DNA of 63,383 bases, the filler included, from Octopus bimaculoides (taxonomy: Eukaryota): the NCBI RefSeq assembly GCF_001194135.2. It is 4 parts of 4 records of this genome, joined end to end, with 100 filler letters (N's around TTAATTAATTAA, not from the genome) between each part and the next. Parts side by side here need not be neighbours in the genome. Positions count along the whole stretch, not along the records: positions 19,983 to 40,041 come from NC_068982.1; positions 40,142 to 59,221 come from NC_068996.1; 2 more parts are not named here. One strand, given 5' to 3'. A model generated the notes under the pieces. The model had not been told where the DNA came from, did not search any database, and was given only the letters and a program-made list of their open reading frames with translations. This document shows positions 37,132 to 49,816 of this stretch, one piece after another; position 1 is the stretch's first letter, and each line of letters opens with the position of its first letter. The translations under genes were made by a program, and so were the position numbers.

Positions 37132-37876
37132 ATAAGCTTAAAGCTTGCAGTGATCACTGCGTAATGACTAAAGAAAATAGTCTAATAATGGAGCATATAA
37201 TCCCCTCGACAGAAAAAAAGTAGATTTTCCCGTGCGCGTGGGACTCGAACCCACAGCTACCGATTACACTAGCGAACCTACCAGCTTTTTTCAGTGAAAT
37301 TTAAAAGCTATAATTAGTTGGTAGTTGTTTTTGTAAATAAACTTTCATGTGCTTTTACTGCGAATGGTTTTGTTAAGCAGTGCCGATTTTGACAATTCTG
37401 TCAATAATAATAATAGTATTCGAGGCCCAACTCGTACGGGAAAAGCTCCTTTTTTTCTGTCGAGGGCTTATATGCCCCATTATTAGACTATTTTCTCTAG
37501 TCATTGCGCAATGATCGCTACAAGTTTTAAGCTTATAAAATACTATTATTATTATTGACAGAATTGTAAAAATCGGCACTGCTTAACAAAACCATTCGCA
37601 GTAAAAGCACATGAAAGTTTATTTACAAAAACAACTACGAACTAGTTATAGTTCTTAAATCTGACCGAAAAAAAAACAGGTAGGTTCGCTAGTGTAATCG
37701 GTAGCACACTCCGTCGCGTAAACTGACAGATGTGGGTTCGAGTCCCATGCGTACGGGAGCATCTACTTTTTTTTCTGTCGAGCGTGGGGGGCTTATATGC
37801 CCCATTATTAGACTATTTTCTTTAGTCATTGCGCGGTGATCGCTATAAGCTTATAAAATACTATTATTATTATTTA
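37132..37876. repeat. ~330-bp tRNA-like repeat unit present as one inverted copy plus ~1.4 direct tandem copies
   Basis: 37132-37420 is the reverse complement of the 37540-37876 unit. 37421-37550 repeats the 3' part of the unit. The string ataaaatactattattattat marks the unit junctions. Confidence 0.85.
37683..37756 (+). ncRNA. tRNA-like (pseudo-tRNA) sequence within the repeat unit
   Basis: D arm GTGT/GCAC with A-box, T arm GTGGG-TTCGAGT-CCCAT, acceptor stem 5 of 7 paired, irregular anticodon arm (loop CGCGTAA), and a T8 Pol III terminator at 37767-37774. Confidence 0.6.
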
Positions 37877-37879
37877 CAT

Positions 37880-37885
37880 AATACG

Positions 37886-37917
<32 letters not shown>

Positions 37918-38001
37918 CACAAACACATACTACTCGTGTGTATATGTATCCATCTATCTATACTTGATAGTTCGTCTCACGCCACTGCGATCTTCAGACG
38001 A

Positions 38002-38038
<37 letters not shown>

Positions 38039-38065
38039 CACATATGCATATATATATATGCATAT

Positions 38066-38104
<39 letters not shown>

Positions 38105-38270
38105 CACATATGCATATATATATATGCATATACACACATATATATATATATATACACATACATATATACATATATATATATGCATGCATATATGCATATA
38201 TATATATATATACACATACATATATGCATCTATATATATACACACATATGCATATACACATATAAGTTTT
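37880..38270. repeat. Compound (TA)/(CA) microsatellite with ~60-bp higher-order duplication
   Basis: The block catacacatatgcatatatatatatgcatatacacacat occurs twice (about 38035 and 38101). Confidence 0.8.
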
Positions 38271-39380
38271 ATTCTATATTCTATATTCTTTCTAAAAATT
38301 TACGACAAAATAATTTATTGCACACTTGTTTGTTAACATACTGTAATTTCTCTCACAGAATAGTTTTTGTTTATTTACGATAAAATTTATTTACGATAAA
38401 ATCGTTCTTCTTAGTTTATTTAAAGTATTAAAANNNNNNNNNNNNNNNNNNNNNNNNNNNNNNNNNNNNNNNNNNNNNNNNNNNNNNNNNNNNNNNNNNN
38501 NNNNNNNNNNNNNNNNNNNNNNNNNNNNNNNNNNNNNNNNNNNNNNNNNNNNNNNNNNNNNNNNNNNNNNNNNNNNNNNNNNNNNNNNNNNNNNNNNNNN
38601 NNNNNNNNNNNNNNNNNNNNNNNNNNNNNNNNNNNNNNNNNNNNNNNNNNNNNNNNNNNNNNNNNNNNNNNNNNNNNNNNNNNNNNNNNNNNNNNNNNNN
38701 NNNNNNNNNNNNNNNNNNNNNNNNNNNNNNNNNNNNNNNNNNNNNNNNNNNNNNNNNNNNNNNNNNNNNNNNNNNNNNNNNNNNNNNNNNNNNNNNNNNN
38801 NNNNNNNNNNNNNNNNNNNNNNNNNNNNNNNNNNNNNNNNNNNNNNNNNNNNNNNNNNNNNNNNNNNNNNNNNNNNNNNNNNNNNNNNNNNNNNNNNNNN
38901 NNNNNNNNNNNNNNNNNNNNNNNNNNNNNNNNNNNNNNNNNNNNNNNNNNNNNNNNNNNNNNNNNNNNNNNNNNNNNNNNNNNNNNNNNNNNNNNNNNNN
39001 NNNNNNNNNNNNNNNNNNNNNNNNNNNNNNNNNNNNNNNNNNNNNNNNNNNNNNNNNNNNNNNNNNNNNNNNNNNNNNNNNNNNNNNNNNNNNNNNNNNN
39101 NNNNNNNNNNNNNNNNNNNNNNNNNNNNNNNNNNNNNNNNNNNNNNNNNNNNNNNNNNNNNNNNNNNNNNNNNNNNNNNNNNNNNNNNNNNNNNNNNNNN
39201 NNNNNNNNNNNNNNNNNNNNNNNNNNNNNNNNNNNNNNNNNNNNNNNNNNNNNNNNNNNNNNNNNNNNNNNNNNNNNNNNNNNNNNNNNNNNNNNNNNNN
39301 NNNNNNNNNNNNNNNNNNNNNNNNNNNNNNNNNNNNNNNNNNNNNNNNNNNNNNNNNNNNNNNNNNNNNNNNNNNNNNAC

Positions 39381-40040
39381 TTTGTACAGCGCCAAGTTGA
39401 GGCCAACAAGAAGATGAAGATGCGCCGAAACTGGCAGCTGGAGGAAGTTCGCCTTCTTGTACACGCATGGAACCTGGCCAAAGGATCACCAGCAAATGAT
39501 CTAATAGCCGAAAGCCTGGATAGGTACAATTTCCACAGGTCAATGGCTCAAATTGATCGAAAGAAACTGGAGCTCATTCGCTCCTACGAGCTCGTGAAAC
39601 CGCACCTTGACCTCCTAGAAGGCATTATGAGAGACACGGACGCAAAAAAGGACAGTGAAGACCCTGCACACTGTGCTAAGGCTCAGGAGGACCAAACGGA
39701 TCACCAAGACAAGGCAGATGCCACCAGTGCTGTAGCCACTGATGAGGGATGCAATGACCATGGTGAATACAGCCAACGCTGCACCACAAACGACAAAGAC
39801 AGGAGAACAGATAAGAAGACGGTAAACACAAACAGGCTTCAAGCCCAAACACGTCACACAGAGAAAAAGAAACAGATCTGTAAATTCTACCTAAATGGTA
39901 CCTGCTGGCACGGGGAAAAGGGACGAAACTGCAAATTTGCCCATCCCAAACACCACCAGCTAAACAAGGTAGATAACCACTTACAACAAAATAAGCGGGA
40001 GCGCAGAAAAGGGAGACCAGAAAGCTTAAATCTATGTACA
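39381..40040 (+). mobile_element. Uninterrupted 220-codon frame, probably LINE ORF1-like, with a CCCH zinc finger; truncated by gaps at both ends
   Basis: Open from gap to gap. CKFYLNGTCWHGEKGRNCKFAH (C-x7-C-x8-C-x3-H) at 39879-39944. No splice signals are needed and GC is higher than the flanks. The LINE ORF1 assignment is from recalled similarity only. Confidence 0.55.
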
Positions 40041-40041
40041 C

Positions 40042-40141
40042 NNNNNNNNNNNNNNNNNNNNNNNNNNNNNNNNNNNNNNNNNNNNTTAATTAATTAANNN
40101 NNNNNNNNNNNNNNNNNNNNNNNNNNNNNNNNNNNNNNNNN
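40042..40141. other. Artificial assembly join N44-TTAATTAATTAA-N44
   Basis: Identical 44+12+44 structure. Confidence 0.95.
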
Positions 40142-40333
40142 ATTATTATTACAGTTGCTTTTTTGTTATTATCTATTTTATGGAAGAAAAGAAATTAAAT
40201 AACATTTTCGTCTAGTGCAATATATAGCATTCCAGATATGTAGTGCTGCGATCAATGTGATTTGATAGGTGGCGCAAATAGAATTTTTAAATTGCATTTT
40301 TCAATGATGATAATGAAAAATGAAGACGACGAT

Positions 40334-40394
<61 letters not shown>

Positions 40395-41117
40395 GCAACA
40401 TCAAACTTCTTATTCATACGTTTGGTTGTTGGCTGGTTTTCATCTTGTCTCATTTTTGGTCGTTTCATGTTGGTGTTGGTTGACGTGTGTGGACGACGTG
40501 TGTATGATCGTTTTCATTGTCATCTATTCTATGAATGAAGAGATCTTTTCAGTAACATCTACAACAACAAAAGAAGCAACAACAATATCATTTATATTAG
40601 TAGCTATAATTATTATTATTGTTTATGTTGATGTTTTTTTAGTTATCCTCTTTATTAAATGAAAATACGTTAATAAACTAAAGCTTTCGTAAGATTGACT
40701 GTCCTAATGAATCACATCGTCGTGCCATGACGTCATCATACGTAGCCGAGAAACGACATGTCCACAATGCAGGTAAATTTAAGCTGTCTTATAATAATTG
40801 CATTCAATTAATAAAGCTGTCACTGAGAATTTTTCTGTTTTATTTAGTAAGATTAAATGAACAACGTGAGCAATGCCTTGGCCATAACGTTGCCAAGACT
40901 ACCGAACCGGAAAATAAAAGAATTCGCGATCTGGTTTTTAGCTTTGACCTGCAGATGTCAGGCTGGAGAGGCATCGCCCGCACCAATATTGTCAGTCTTT
41001 GGAGTGTGACCTGCAAACGTCATAGATGTGGCTTTTTATATATTCAGCGTGCGGTTTGATCGTTTGTTGGTCAGTAATTATGAGATAAATTCTGACAGAG
41101 AGGCGGGCAATTATAAA

Positions 41118-41158
<41 letters not shown>

Positions 41159-41839
41159 NNNNNNNNNNNNNNNNNNNNNNNNNNNNNNNNNNNNNNNNNN
41201 NNNNNNNNNNNNNNNNNNNNNNNNNNNNNNNNNNNNNNNNNNNNNNNNNNNNNNNTATACATACATATACACACGCATATACACAGCCGCACGTGTGCAC
41301 ACACACATACACACAAACGCACATACACAACAAACATGGAACCATACTAGCTGTAGTTATTCTATCTCGGAGGCACTTGTGATAGAAAATTCTGAATTAA
41401 AACACAGAACTTTTCTCAGAACGTCCGTGGGTTCCAGCCAAGTACTTTGCACTTCATTTTGTCTCCTCAGTGCCCAATATTCAACACGGCATGAGCTAAA
41501 CCAAGACACAATGTTTCTTCCGATATATAAATCGATAGGATTAACATTTACTGATTTTTGCGAATGCTAGCCCGGCTAGAATAAAAAGTAATATATGCAC
41601 TTAAAATGAGCTTTTGCTTAAAATACACATGTATTTAACACATATAATTGATGTACAAACGTGGAATGATAGTATCTGTAATATTTCTGAAAGAGAAATT
41701 TTGTGCTTCAGCACAAATCAGTAAAAATTTTGTTTTCCGGTTTCTATACCGAAACAAACACTTTCGGTTTAACAGCTCGTAACGTCTGGAGGTATTCGGC
41801 ACTGAGGAGACCAAATGAAGTCGAAACACCGCATATTTA

Positions 41840-42510
41840 AATACTGGTGTGTAAAAATGTCAGCTTTTGTTCACATGGTACAGCTGTATACGCATAGTAC
41901 ATGTGCAGGAGTTCTTTGCCTAATCTCATGATTTTATTACCTGCACAGTTGAGTATACACATGATGTACTCCATTTTTTCTTTATTATTAAGTAAGTGTT
42001 GTCTAAGTGACATGATGCAGCCTTCAAAGGCCGTTTGGATTGATCTTACGCGTTTACTTCCATCCTTACACTTCAGGCAGATAACGTCAGTGTTACTGTT
42101 GATCTCAAAAATACCAAAGGTTGCCAATGTCTTCTTGGTCCTGATCAATTTGGAGATTTCTTCAAGTGTCGAATCTAGTAGCCCAAATGCCGGAACTTGT
42201 AGCCCAAATGTTGGTGCCTTGTGAAAGCATTGTAGGATATATGTTAGTTCTTTTCAATGCAGACAGCTCTAACTTACAAATCTTCTGAAGTCTGCTGAAG
42301 TATTTCATTTTATAACTCTAGCTTTATATACAGCACCAATATATGTACTATTCTTGTCGATTGTAAGGTATTTGTAACATTCATCTCTGGTGACAAGGGA
42401 GACAGATAAACCATTGATATCAATATTCCTTGCTTGATCAACGTACTTACCTCGTTTGATTACCAAGTATGAACGCTTGTCCTGACCAAACTCCATTCTT
42501 GTTTCCCGTT
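41840..42510 (-). mobile_element. Degenerate R4/Dong-like non-LTR retrotransposon RT fragment
   Basis: MEFGQDKRSYLVIKRGK...ECYKYLTIDKN matches the 'MEFGLDKC...KRGK...YKYLG' RT thumb region. Stops and deletions are present. Confidence 0.7.
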
Positions 42511-42952
42511 GTTACCAGTGCTAAAAGTGTGGGTGAAACTAATCTTTCATCTACAATTTCTATCATACAATTTACGATATGAGTTTCGCAGTGAACCTGG
42601 AAGAAAGCATCCGAACCAATTGCTTGTAATTTATATGTCACATTTAAGTTTTGAGAGAGACGTATAAGGTTTATATTGTATTTCTTCGAATGTATTTTTG
42701 AAAACGTGTCTTTCTGAATATTTTGTACATGTTTCGATACATACACACATACGTGCACGCGCATGCACAAACATACACACACGCACACAAACATACACAT
42801 GCAAGTACACACACGATATAACTGTGAGTTTGTTTTTCTGTATGCGTGTGTTGTGTTGGACTATAGTAATCAAATCCATAGCATTGGTTTTCGTTAGCCT
42901 ATATCATTTCTTTTCGCTGATATGTCAGCAAATCCCCGTTAGAATATTCACA

Positions 42953-42983
<31 letters not shown>

Positions 42984-43818
42984 TGTGTGTATGCGTGTGT
43001 GTGTACACGGCTTTGAATGACTGATACTAGATACTGGTTTAATAATTAAAGTTTCCAAGGCCAATATGAACTACAACCTTAAACTGTCAGTCACGCAGAC
43101 AAATTATTTCAAGCGTTATACTCCCTAGCTTTGTCGGAAAGCTAAAGGTCACCGTATACTTAAAATGTAGATATAATATATAGACAGAGTGCGAGGTTGG
43201 CTAAGTTGATAAAGTGCACCAAAGGAAAAGGTTGAAAGTTCGTGTCCAGTGACTTGCACTGTATTTTGAATTTTGTACGTCATCATGATAATTAATTCTG
43301 AAATGACTCAATACACCAATCTGCATAGTATGAGTAACACTCTTCTGTAATCAGCGGTAGCACTTTAAAACTGACGAGGGTTTAGATTGCTTTGCACGAA
43401 TGAGTTCAATTCCTGCTGCAGGAAAATCTAACGAATGTAGACTATTTCTGTTCTATCCAGAAGTTTCGTATTGCAATGATTTAATGTTAACACCGAAGAC
43501 TCCCAAGTGGCAGAAGAAAAAATTAAAATTTTGTCATTTCATAGTTGCCTTTATTCGGGACACACGCGCCCGCACACATTCAAACAACCCACACACTCTC
43601 TCCTTTTGTTTTNNNNNNNNNNNNNNNNNNNNNNNNNNNNNNNNNNNNNNNNNNNNNNNNNNNNNNNNNNNNNNNNNNNNNNNNNNNNNNNNNNNNNNNN
43701 NNNNNNNNNNNNNNNNNNNNNNNNNNNNNNNNNNNNNNNNNNNNNNNNNNNNNNNNNNNNNNNNNNNNNNNNNNNNNNNNNNNNNNNTATATATATATAT
43801 ATATATATATATATGATA

Positions 43819-45110
43819 CAAGGTGAAGTAAAAGAAAATTATCCGCACTTTCACCAAAACTTTCTTTAGGTTGGCTACATCTTCGTTCGCAAGCTACAAA
43901 ATGGCAGTTTTGTTGTTACGTAAGTGAGGCTTAATCTTGATCACTCGTTTTCTTTTTTGTGTTATAGAGTGAGCATCGCTGCTTTGCTAGCTGTGTGCAC
44001 CAAGGAAGAACAGAGATTACCGATCCGATTTCTTGTATCTGAAGATGTATCAGGGACTGAAATTTATCGTAAACTTTCCCTGCAATATAGGGATAGCGCT
44101 CAACTGCATAGAAGTGTGTATGTCTGAAAAAAGAAATTAAAAAATGGCCGGACAAGTGTGAAACTCGAAGAGGGAACAGGACGTCTGTCAACCGCCACCA
44201 CTGGCGTAAAGATTCAATAATCCTGAGAGATGGTTTTCGCAAACCTATAAGTGGCCATTGATGAAGTGGCATGTCCTCTGCAGACGTGACATGGTTCAGT
44301 GAACGAAATCATCAACAAGCTTCGCTTCCGTAAAATCTGTACGATGGGTAACAAAACAACTTTCTGAAGCGCAAAAGTGCTATCGTGTGGAGACACGTCG
44401 ACGCTTACTCGACCGCTACAACAAGGAAAGCCTAGCGTTTCGGAGAGAATATTCACAGGAGATGAGACCTGGATTCATTACTTTGAGTCAGAGTCTAAAA
44501 GAGAGCGTATGAAGTGGAAATATCTCGAATCGTCAGCGAAAAGCAAACTCAAGACTCAAATTCCCTAGTAAAAGTGAGACTAACAGTCTTATGGCACACA
44601 AATGAGCTAATAGTAGAACGTTACCGGGAAAGGTGTCTACAGACACCAGTCTAAGCTACAGTGAAATGCTGGCTAGCAAACTAAAACTAACAATTTGTAC
44701 CAAACCTGTGGTTTGTTGTCAAAGCAACTGTTATTGTTGAACGACACGCCCAAATACTGCCACCTATGCCATTGAAACCGTTCGAAAATTGGGTTTTGAG
44801 TTGCTGGAACACCCTTCATACTGTCCAGATTTCGTCTCTTCCGACTATCACCACCTTGAACCTCATATATATCCTTTATGAGGTCGTCGATTTTTTACGG
44901 ACAAACAAACCTCAATAAGTGGTGCATAAATACCTGCGTGATCAACCGGAAACCATTTTTCTCTAGTGAAATAAGCAATCTTCCGGACCACTGGAAGAAG
45001 TGCATCGAAAATCAAGTGGACTATGTCGAAGAATAATGTAATTGTCCAACGCTTACTTTTGCTTTAAACCAATAACAGAAACAATAACAGAAATTTTTGA
45101 CTTACCCTCC
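43819..45110 (+). mobile_element. Full-length (1292 bp) defective mariner transposon
   Basis: Flanked by TA (43817-18 and 45111-12) with degenerate TIRs. Relic motifs RIFTGDETWIHYFESESKR and HPSYCPDFVSSDYH (the YSPDLAPSD motif). Many stops and frameshifts. Confidence 0.9.
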
Positions 45111-45340
45111 TAAAAATAATTGCTATTTACACTATTTATAGTGATATTTCAAAAGATTATTTGCAAATTTATACATAATAAATTCAGGCAGGTTCGAACA
45201 CAAAACATGCTAGTCGCTGTAGTGCATGTCATAGAACTACCCCTTTTAACGTCGACGGGTTATAGCATGTCGAGCATGACGACTGGTACCTGGAATGTCG
45301 AGACACATCAATTCAATACATCCGTGTTCCAGAACACACA

Positions 45341-45392
<52 letters not shown>

Positions 45393-46115
45393 NNNNNNNN
45401 NNNNNNNNNNNNNNNNNNNNNNNNNNNNNNNNNNNNNNNNNNNNNNNNNNNNNNNNNNNNNNNNNNNNNNNNNNNNNNNNNNNNNNNNNNNNNNNNNNNN
45501 NNNNNNNNNNNNNNNNNNNNNNNNNNNNNNNNNNNNNNNNNNNNNNNNNNNNNNNNNNNNNNNNNNNNNNNNNNNNNNNNNNNNNNNNNNNNNNNNNNNN
45601 NNNNNNNNNNNNNNNNNNNNNNNNNNNNNNNNNNNNNNNNNNNNNNNNNNNNNNNNNNNNNNNNNNNNNNNNNNNNNNNNNNNNNNNNNNNNNNNNNNNN
45701 NNNNNNNNNNNNNNNNNNNNNNNNNNNNNNNNNNNNNNNNNNNNNNNNNNNNNNNNNNNNNNNNNNNNNNNNNNNNNNNNNNNNNNNNNNNNNNNNNNNN
45801 NNNNNNNNNNNNNNNNNNNNNNNNNNNNNNNNNNNNNNNNNNNNNNNNNNNNNNNNNNNNNNNNNNNNNNNNNNNNNNNNNNNNNNNNNNNNNNNNNNNN
45901 NNNNNNNNNNNNNNNNNNNNNNNNNNNNNNNNNNNNNNNNNNNNNNNNNNNNNNNNNNNNNNNNNNNNNNNNNNNNNNNNNNNNNNNNNNNNNNNNNNNN
46001 NNNNNNNNNNNNNNNNNNNNNNNNNNNNNNNNNNNNNNNNNNNNNNNNNNNNNNNNNNNNNNNNNNNNNNNNNNNNNNNNNNNNNNNNNNNNNNNNNNNN
46101 NNNATATATATATAT

Positions 46116-46250
46116 ATACGAGGAGGTGGTGAAAAGGTCTTCGTCTTGGTTGAAAGTAAAATACAAGACGATCAGTTAATTACGATTTTATTCAACATAT
46201 TCCCCTTCTCAGATTCACACACTTATTACAATAACCCTTCAGTTTTTCCT
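46116..46250 (+). mobile_element. Mariner-type left-end fragment
   Basis: Begins TACGAGGAGGTGGTGAAAAG, a mariner-like TIR start, directly after (TA)n. Confidence 0.45.
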
Positions 46251-48029
46251 AAGCTCTGTAAAATAGTTCGGAATGTGAGGCTTCTTCATAGACAGACAGA
46301 CAGACAGAAAGGAATACAAAGCAGGATCCAAAGAAAGACAACAGTAATTACAGTTGAAGAGAGTAAGAAATGCAGGGAGAGAAAATGTAAAAGAGAAAAT
46401 AAAGAATCGGCATCATCTATAGAACGGTTAATTGTGTTCAGTCCTGAAATAGTCCTCAAGTCATCTGAATATCATTTTAAGGATGATTTTATCATTTTAT
46501 CAGTCCCACTCCTACCATTATCGCTGTGGATCATAAGACGTTCCGTGTTTTTCTATTCTCCATATTTTATTTCGTTTTTCCTTTCTTTTCCCCATGGTTG
46601 GTGCTCAGTTTTGGATTATTTCCTTGAGCTGTCAAATTTCTTTCTTCCTTCTTTTCTTCTTGCCATTCCTCATGTCATATATGTGTGTGTGTTTGTGTGT
46701 CCGAACTATGTTACCTCCCCTTTCTTTCTCTCATTTTTCATTACACCCATTTCATTTGTCTTTCATTTATTTAATTAGTTTTTTCGTCATTTCATTATTT
46801 TTATTTGCATCCTATTACAAATTTCTTCTTTACCAGCTGTTCTTTCATCTTTCTCTCTCTTTTTCATTCACTTTGATTCAATCTTTATCTCTTTTCATTC
46901 ATATTTCCCAACTTTCTTTCTTCTTTTCTTCTCCGTTGTTTTATTCGTCAGTTGGTTGGTCTATTAATATAATTACAATTATATTCATGTATTTAATCTG
47001 AAATTAAATCAACATACAGCGCCATCATCTCATTCAGACGTCCACTGTTATCAGGTAGATTCATCTCGGGATACATTCAACAATATGCGTCGTTCGCATT
47101 ACAAACAACAATTCACCGAAGCTTCACATGCTGATATAAAAGTTGCGCTGAAGAACGCGTCAACAATTACACAAATATCTTCACCCTCTATACATACGCA
47201 AACATACACATACATTCATAAACAGCTCTATAAATACTAACTGTGAAGTTAGAACTTTTGAACTATTATGATAAAGATATATATGGCTTGCTCGCCAACC
47301 AGGTGGGGTGGCATTCTTTGAAAGCTAAGACAATGTGTGAAAGCGCATTGTGACCAGCGGTGTATAACACTTGATAGTCTGATAGTCTGTTCGATACCGT
47401 GATACTGTCATATATATATATATATATATATATAACTACATAATTCATACATATAACGCATACACGTATACACACACATGCACTCATGTTTATATATACA
47501 TGCATATATACATTTATGGAAGAATAATAAGAAAATGCAATGTTTTTTTTATATTGCTGCAAATTGATTCCAAAGTATATTATTACAGTCAGACGATTTC
47601 ACATAATGCACATTGAAACACAAATTATAACAATCAAATTATTTCACAATTTATTAATACATATTCTGAATTATATCATACGCAAAATATAGTCAAATCA
47701 CATATCAAGATTAAGGAGTACAAGTTACATTCAAATTATTTTAAAATAACATCGAAGTGCATAATTTAAAACCGGTTTCACTTCTTTCAGAAGATATTCA
47801 TTGCAATGTACATGTGTCATGACTTGTTACTAGCCTTCATTTAATACCTAGCGCGTCTACCGGAAGCAGCCTCGTTAATGACTTGCTAGGTGTCAAAGGA
47901 GGAAGTATATGTTATTAACTCCCAGTTACGTTGGGATATAAATTTTTTAACTTTTAGATTTTCAAAAAGATCAGGGCAACTATATCTTACAAATGATAAA
48001 CTATAAATAAGGAACGTGCATCAGCACTT

Positions 48030-48560
48030 GGTTAATGATTTATGCGATCTTTATATTTTGTATAAAAAGGTTTCTTTATTCATCTTTGATCTTCTGTCAT
48101 ATTTTCTGCGCTCTGATATAGTGAGAAAAGTTTAAAATGTGGTGTCCAAGTTCCTGCACATTTATCTAAATGCTCATTGAACCGATTTTTTTGTTTTTTG
48201 TTTTTTTAGTGTTCAGATATAGTATTTGTTGTCGGTGAACCGGTTGCGTTTTCTATGTGATATACTGCAGGGCCAATATAATTTTCGCCATACCGATAAC
48301 AGTTCTAAGATAAAAACTAAATTTTCCGAAAAACATGAGAAGTTATTTTTCATTTTAAAACATTTCCCAGTTTTGAAGCGATATTCGGAGCCTTCGGATA
48401 TATTGATACAAATAATACAATTTGATTTGCCACATTTTATCTGTCGGTTTTTGTGTAACGTTAGAAAGTAGTTCGGCACTTGGCAAACGCTTCTTCACTG
48501 AATGTAGATGTTTTAAAGTTTTAATTATTTTTTGTGTTCTTAAGATTCCTCCTTTTTTAG
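48030..48560 (-). mobile_element. Degenerate Penelope-like element GIY-YIG endonuclease region
   Basis: Successive frameshifted pieces KCGKSNCIICINISEGSEYRFKTGKCFKMKNNFSCFSENLVF, CYRYGENYIG, VHRQQI and NEHLDKCAG follow the PLE endonuclease motif order. Confidence 0.75.
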
Positions 48561-49027
48561 GATTACATTTTAACAGAGGTAAATTTTGCCTAGTTATATT
48601 AAGAATACTTTAATATAATTAAAGGCCTCAGTTTTCTCAGATCGATCGAGATATACAGCAAAACATTTGTTTTGCTTTCGTTTTCACATTTCTTTGTCAA
48701 TTGCATCTGCTTTTTCGATTACGTTATTTATTAATTATTGATGGAGTAAATAGTATACAACTCATAATATCTTCATTTAGTCTTTTTTCCTGGGTATTTG
48801 GATTTGATACGAATATAATTCAAATATAATTCAAATAATTATGAAAATAATTTTCATTGTTCAACCTGGATTTATTATATATTTTAATTTCAATGTATTT
48901 TAAAATTTACATCCATTGTGGTTCTCTTGGTCCACATTGCGGTTCATAATTTTTGTCCGATATATATAAACATATAATGTATATGCATATATAATGTATG
49001 TATATATATATATATATGTATATACAC

Positions 49028-49071
<44 letters not shown>

Positions 49072-49521
49072 GTATGTACGTATGTATTCTTCCCTATGCA
49101 TTTCATCTCTCATGTCCCTGCCATAAGGCTTTACTTCCATACACACCAGCTTAATTTGATTCGTCCTTAGTCGAAAGACAGCTGCTGTTAATGTTCTTTA
49201 TTTACATTTGTATTTGTGTACCATTTCACCGTTTTTTCCGGCCTTGTTTTCGCATACATTCGCTGTTTCTTCCCAAAAATCTAGTGCTCTTAGCTTATTT
49301 TTTTCTTGGGACTGGCCAGATTGGAGCAATCTCGGGTATAACCAGCCGAAATTGCAAAGATACTCTGGAACTCGACTGAAGAAAGAAAACTCCGAATGAC
49401 CCGTCCTTGTAAATTTATTTCTTTTTTTTTTTGTATCGTCAGTTTCGTATATTTTTTTGTCCATTTTTTGCATCATCTAACTGTCTGGATGTTTTGCTTT
49501 CTTGTCCCATTTTTGGTATAC

Positions 49522-49588
<67 letters not shown>

Positions 49589-49598
49589 NNNNNNNNNN

Positions 49599-49672
<74 letters not shown>

Positions 49673-49752
49673 TGTATGTATGTATGTATGTATGTATGCA
49701 TGCATGTATGTTTATATATATACATATACATATATATATATGTATGTATGTA

Positions 49753-49816
<64 letters not shown>

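Noticed and set aside
41795-41835. Hammerhead-like core CTGAGGA-GAC(loop)GTC-GAAAC
   Set aside because: The core and stem II are good, but there is no valid NUH site or stem I/III pairing in any permutation. At best it is a relic.
46104-46778. ~225 stop-free codons after the gap
   Set aside because: It is stitched from a mariner end, a (GACA)n repeat and T-rich low-complexity DNA, consistent with a chance open frame.
49198-49476. 92-aa minus ORF with an internal ttttctttcttcag acceptor
   Set aside because: No recognisable domain or phase-matched partner. It could be a UTR exon, but that is unsupported.
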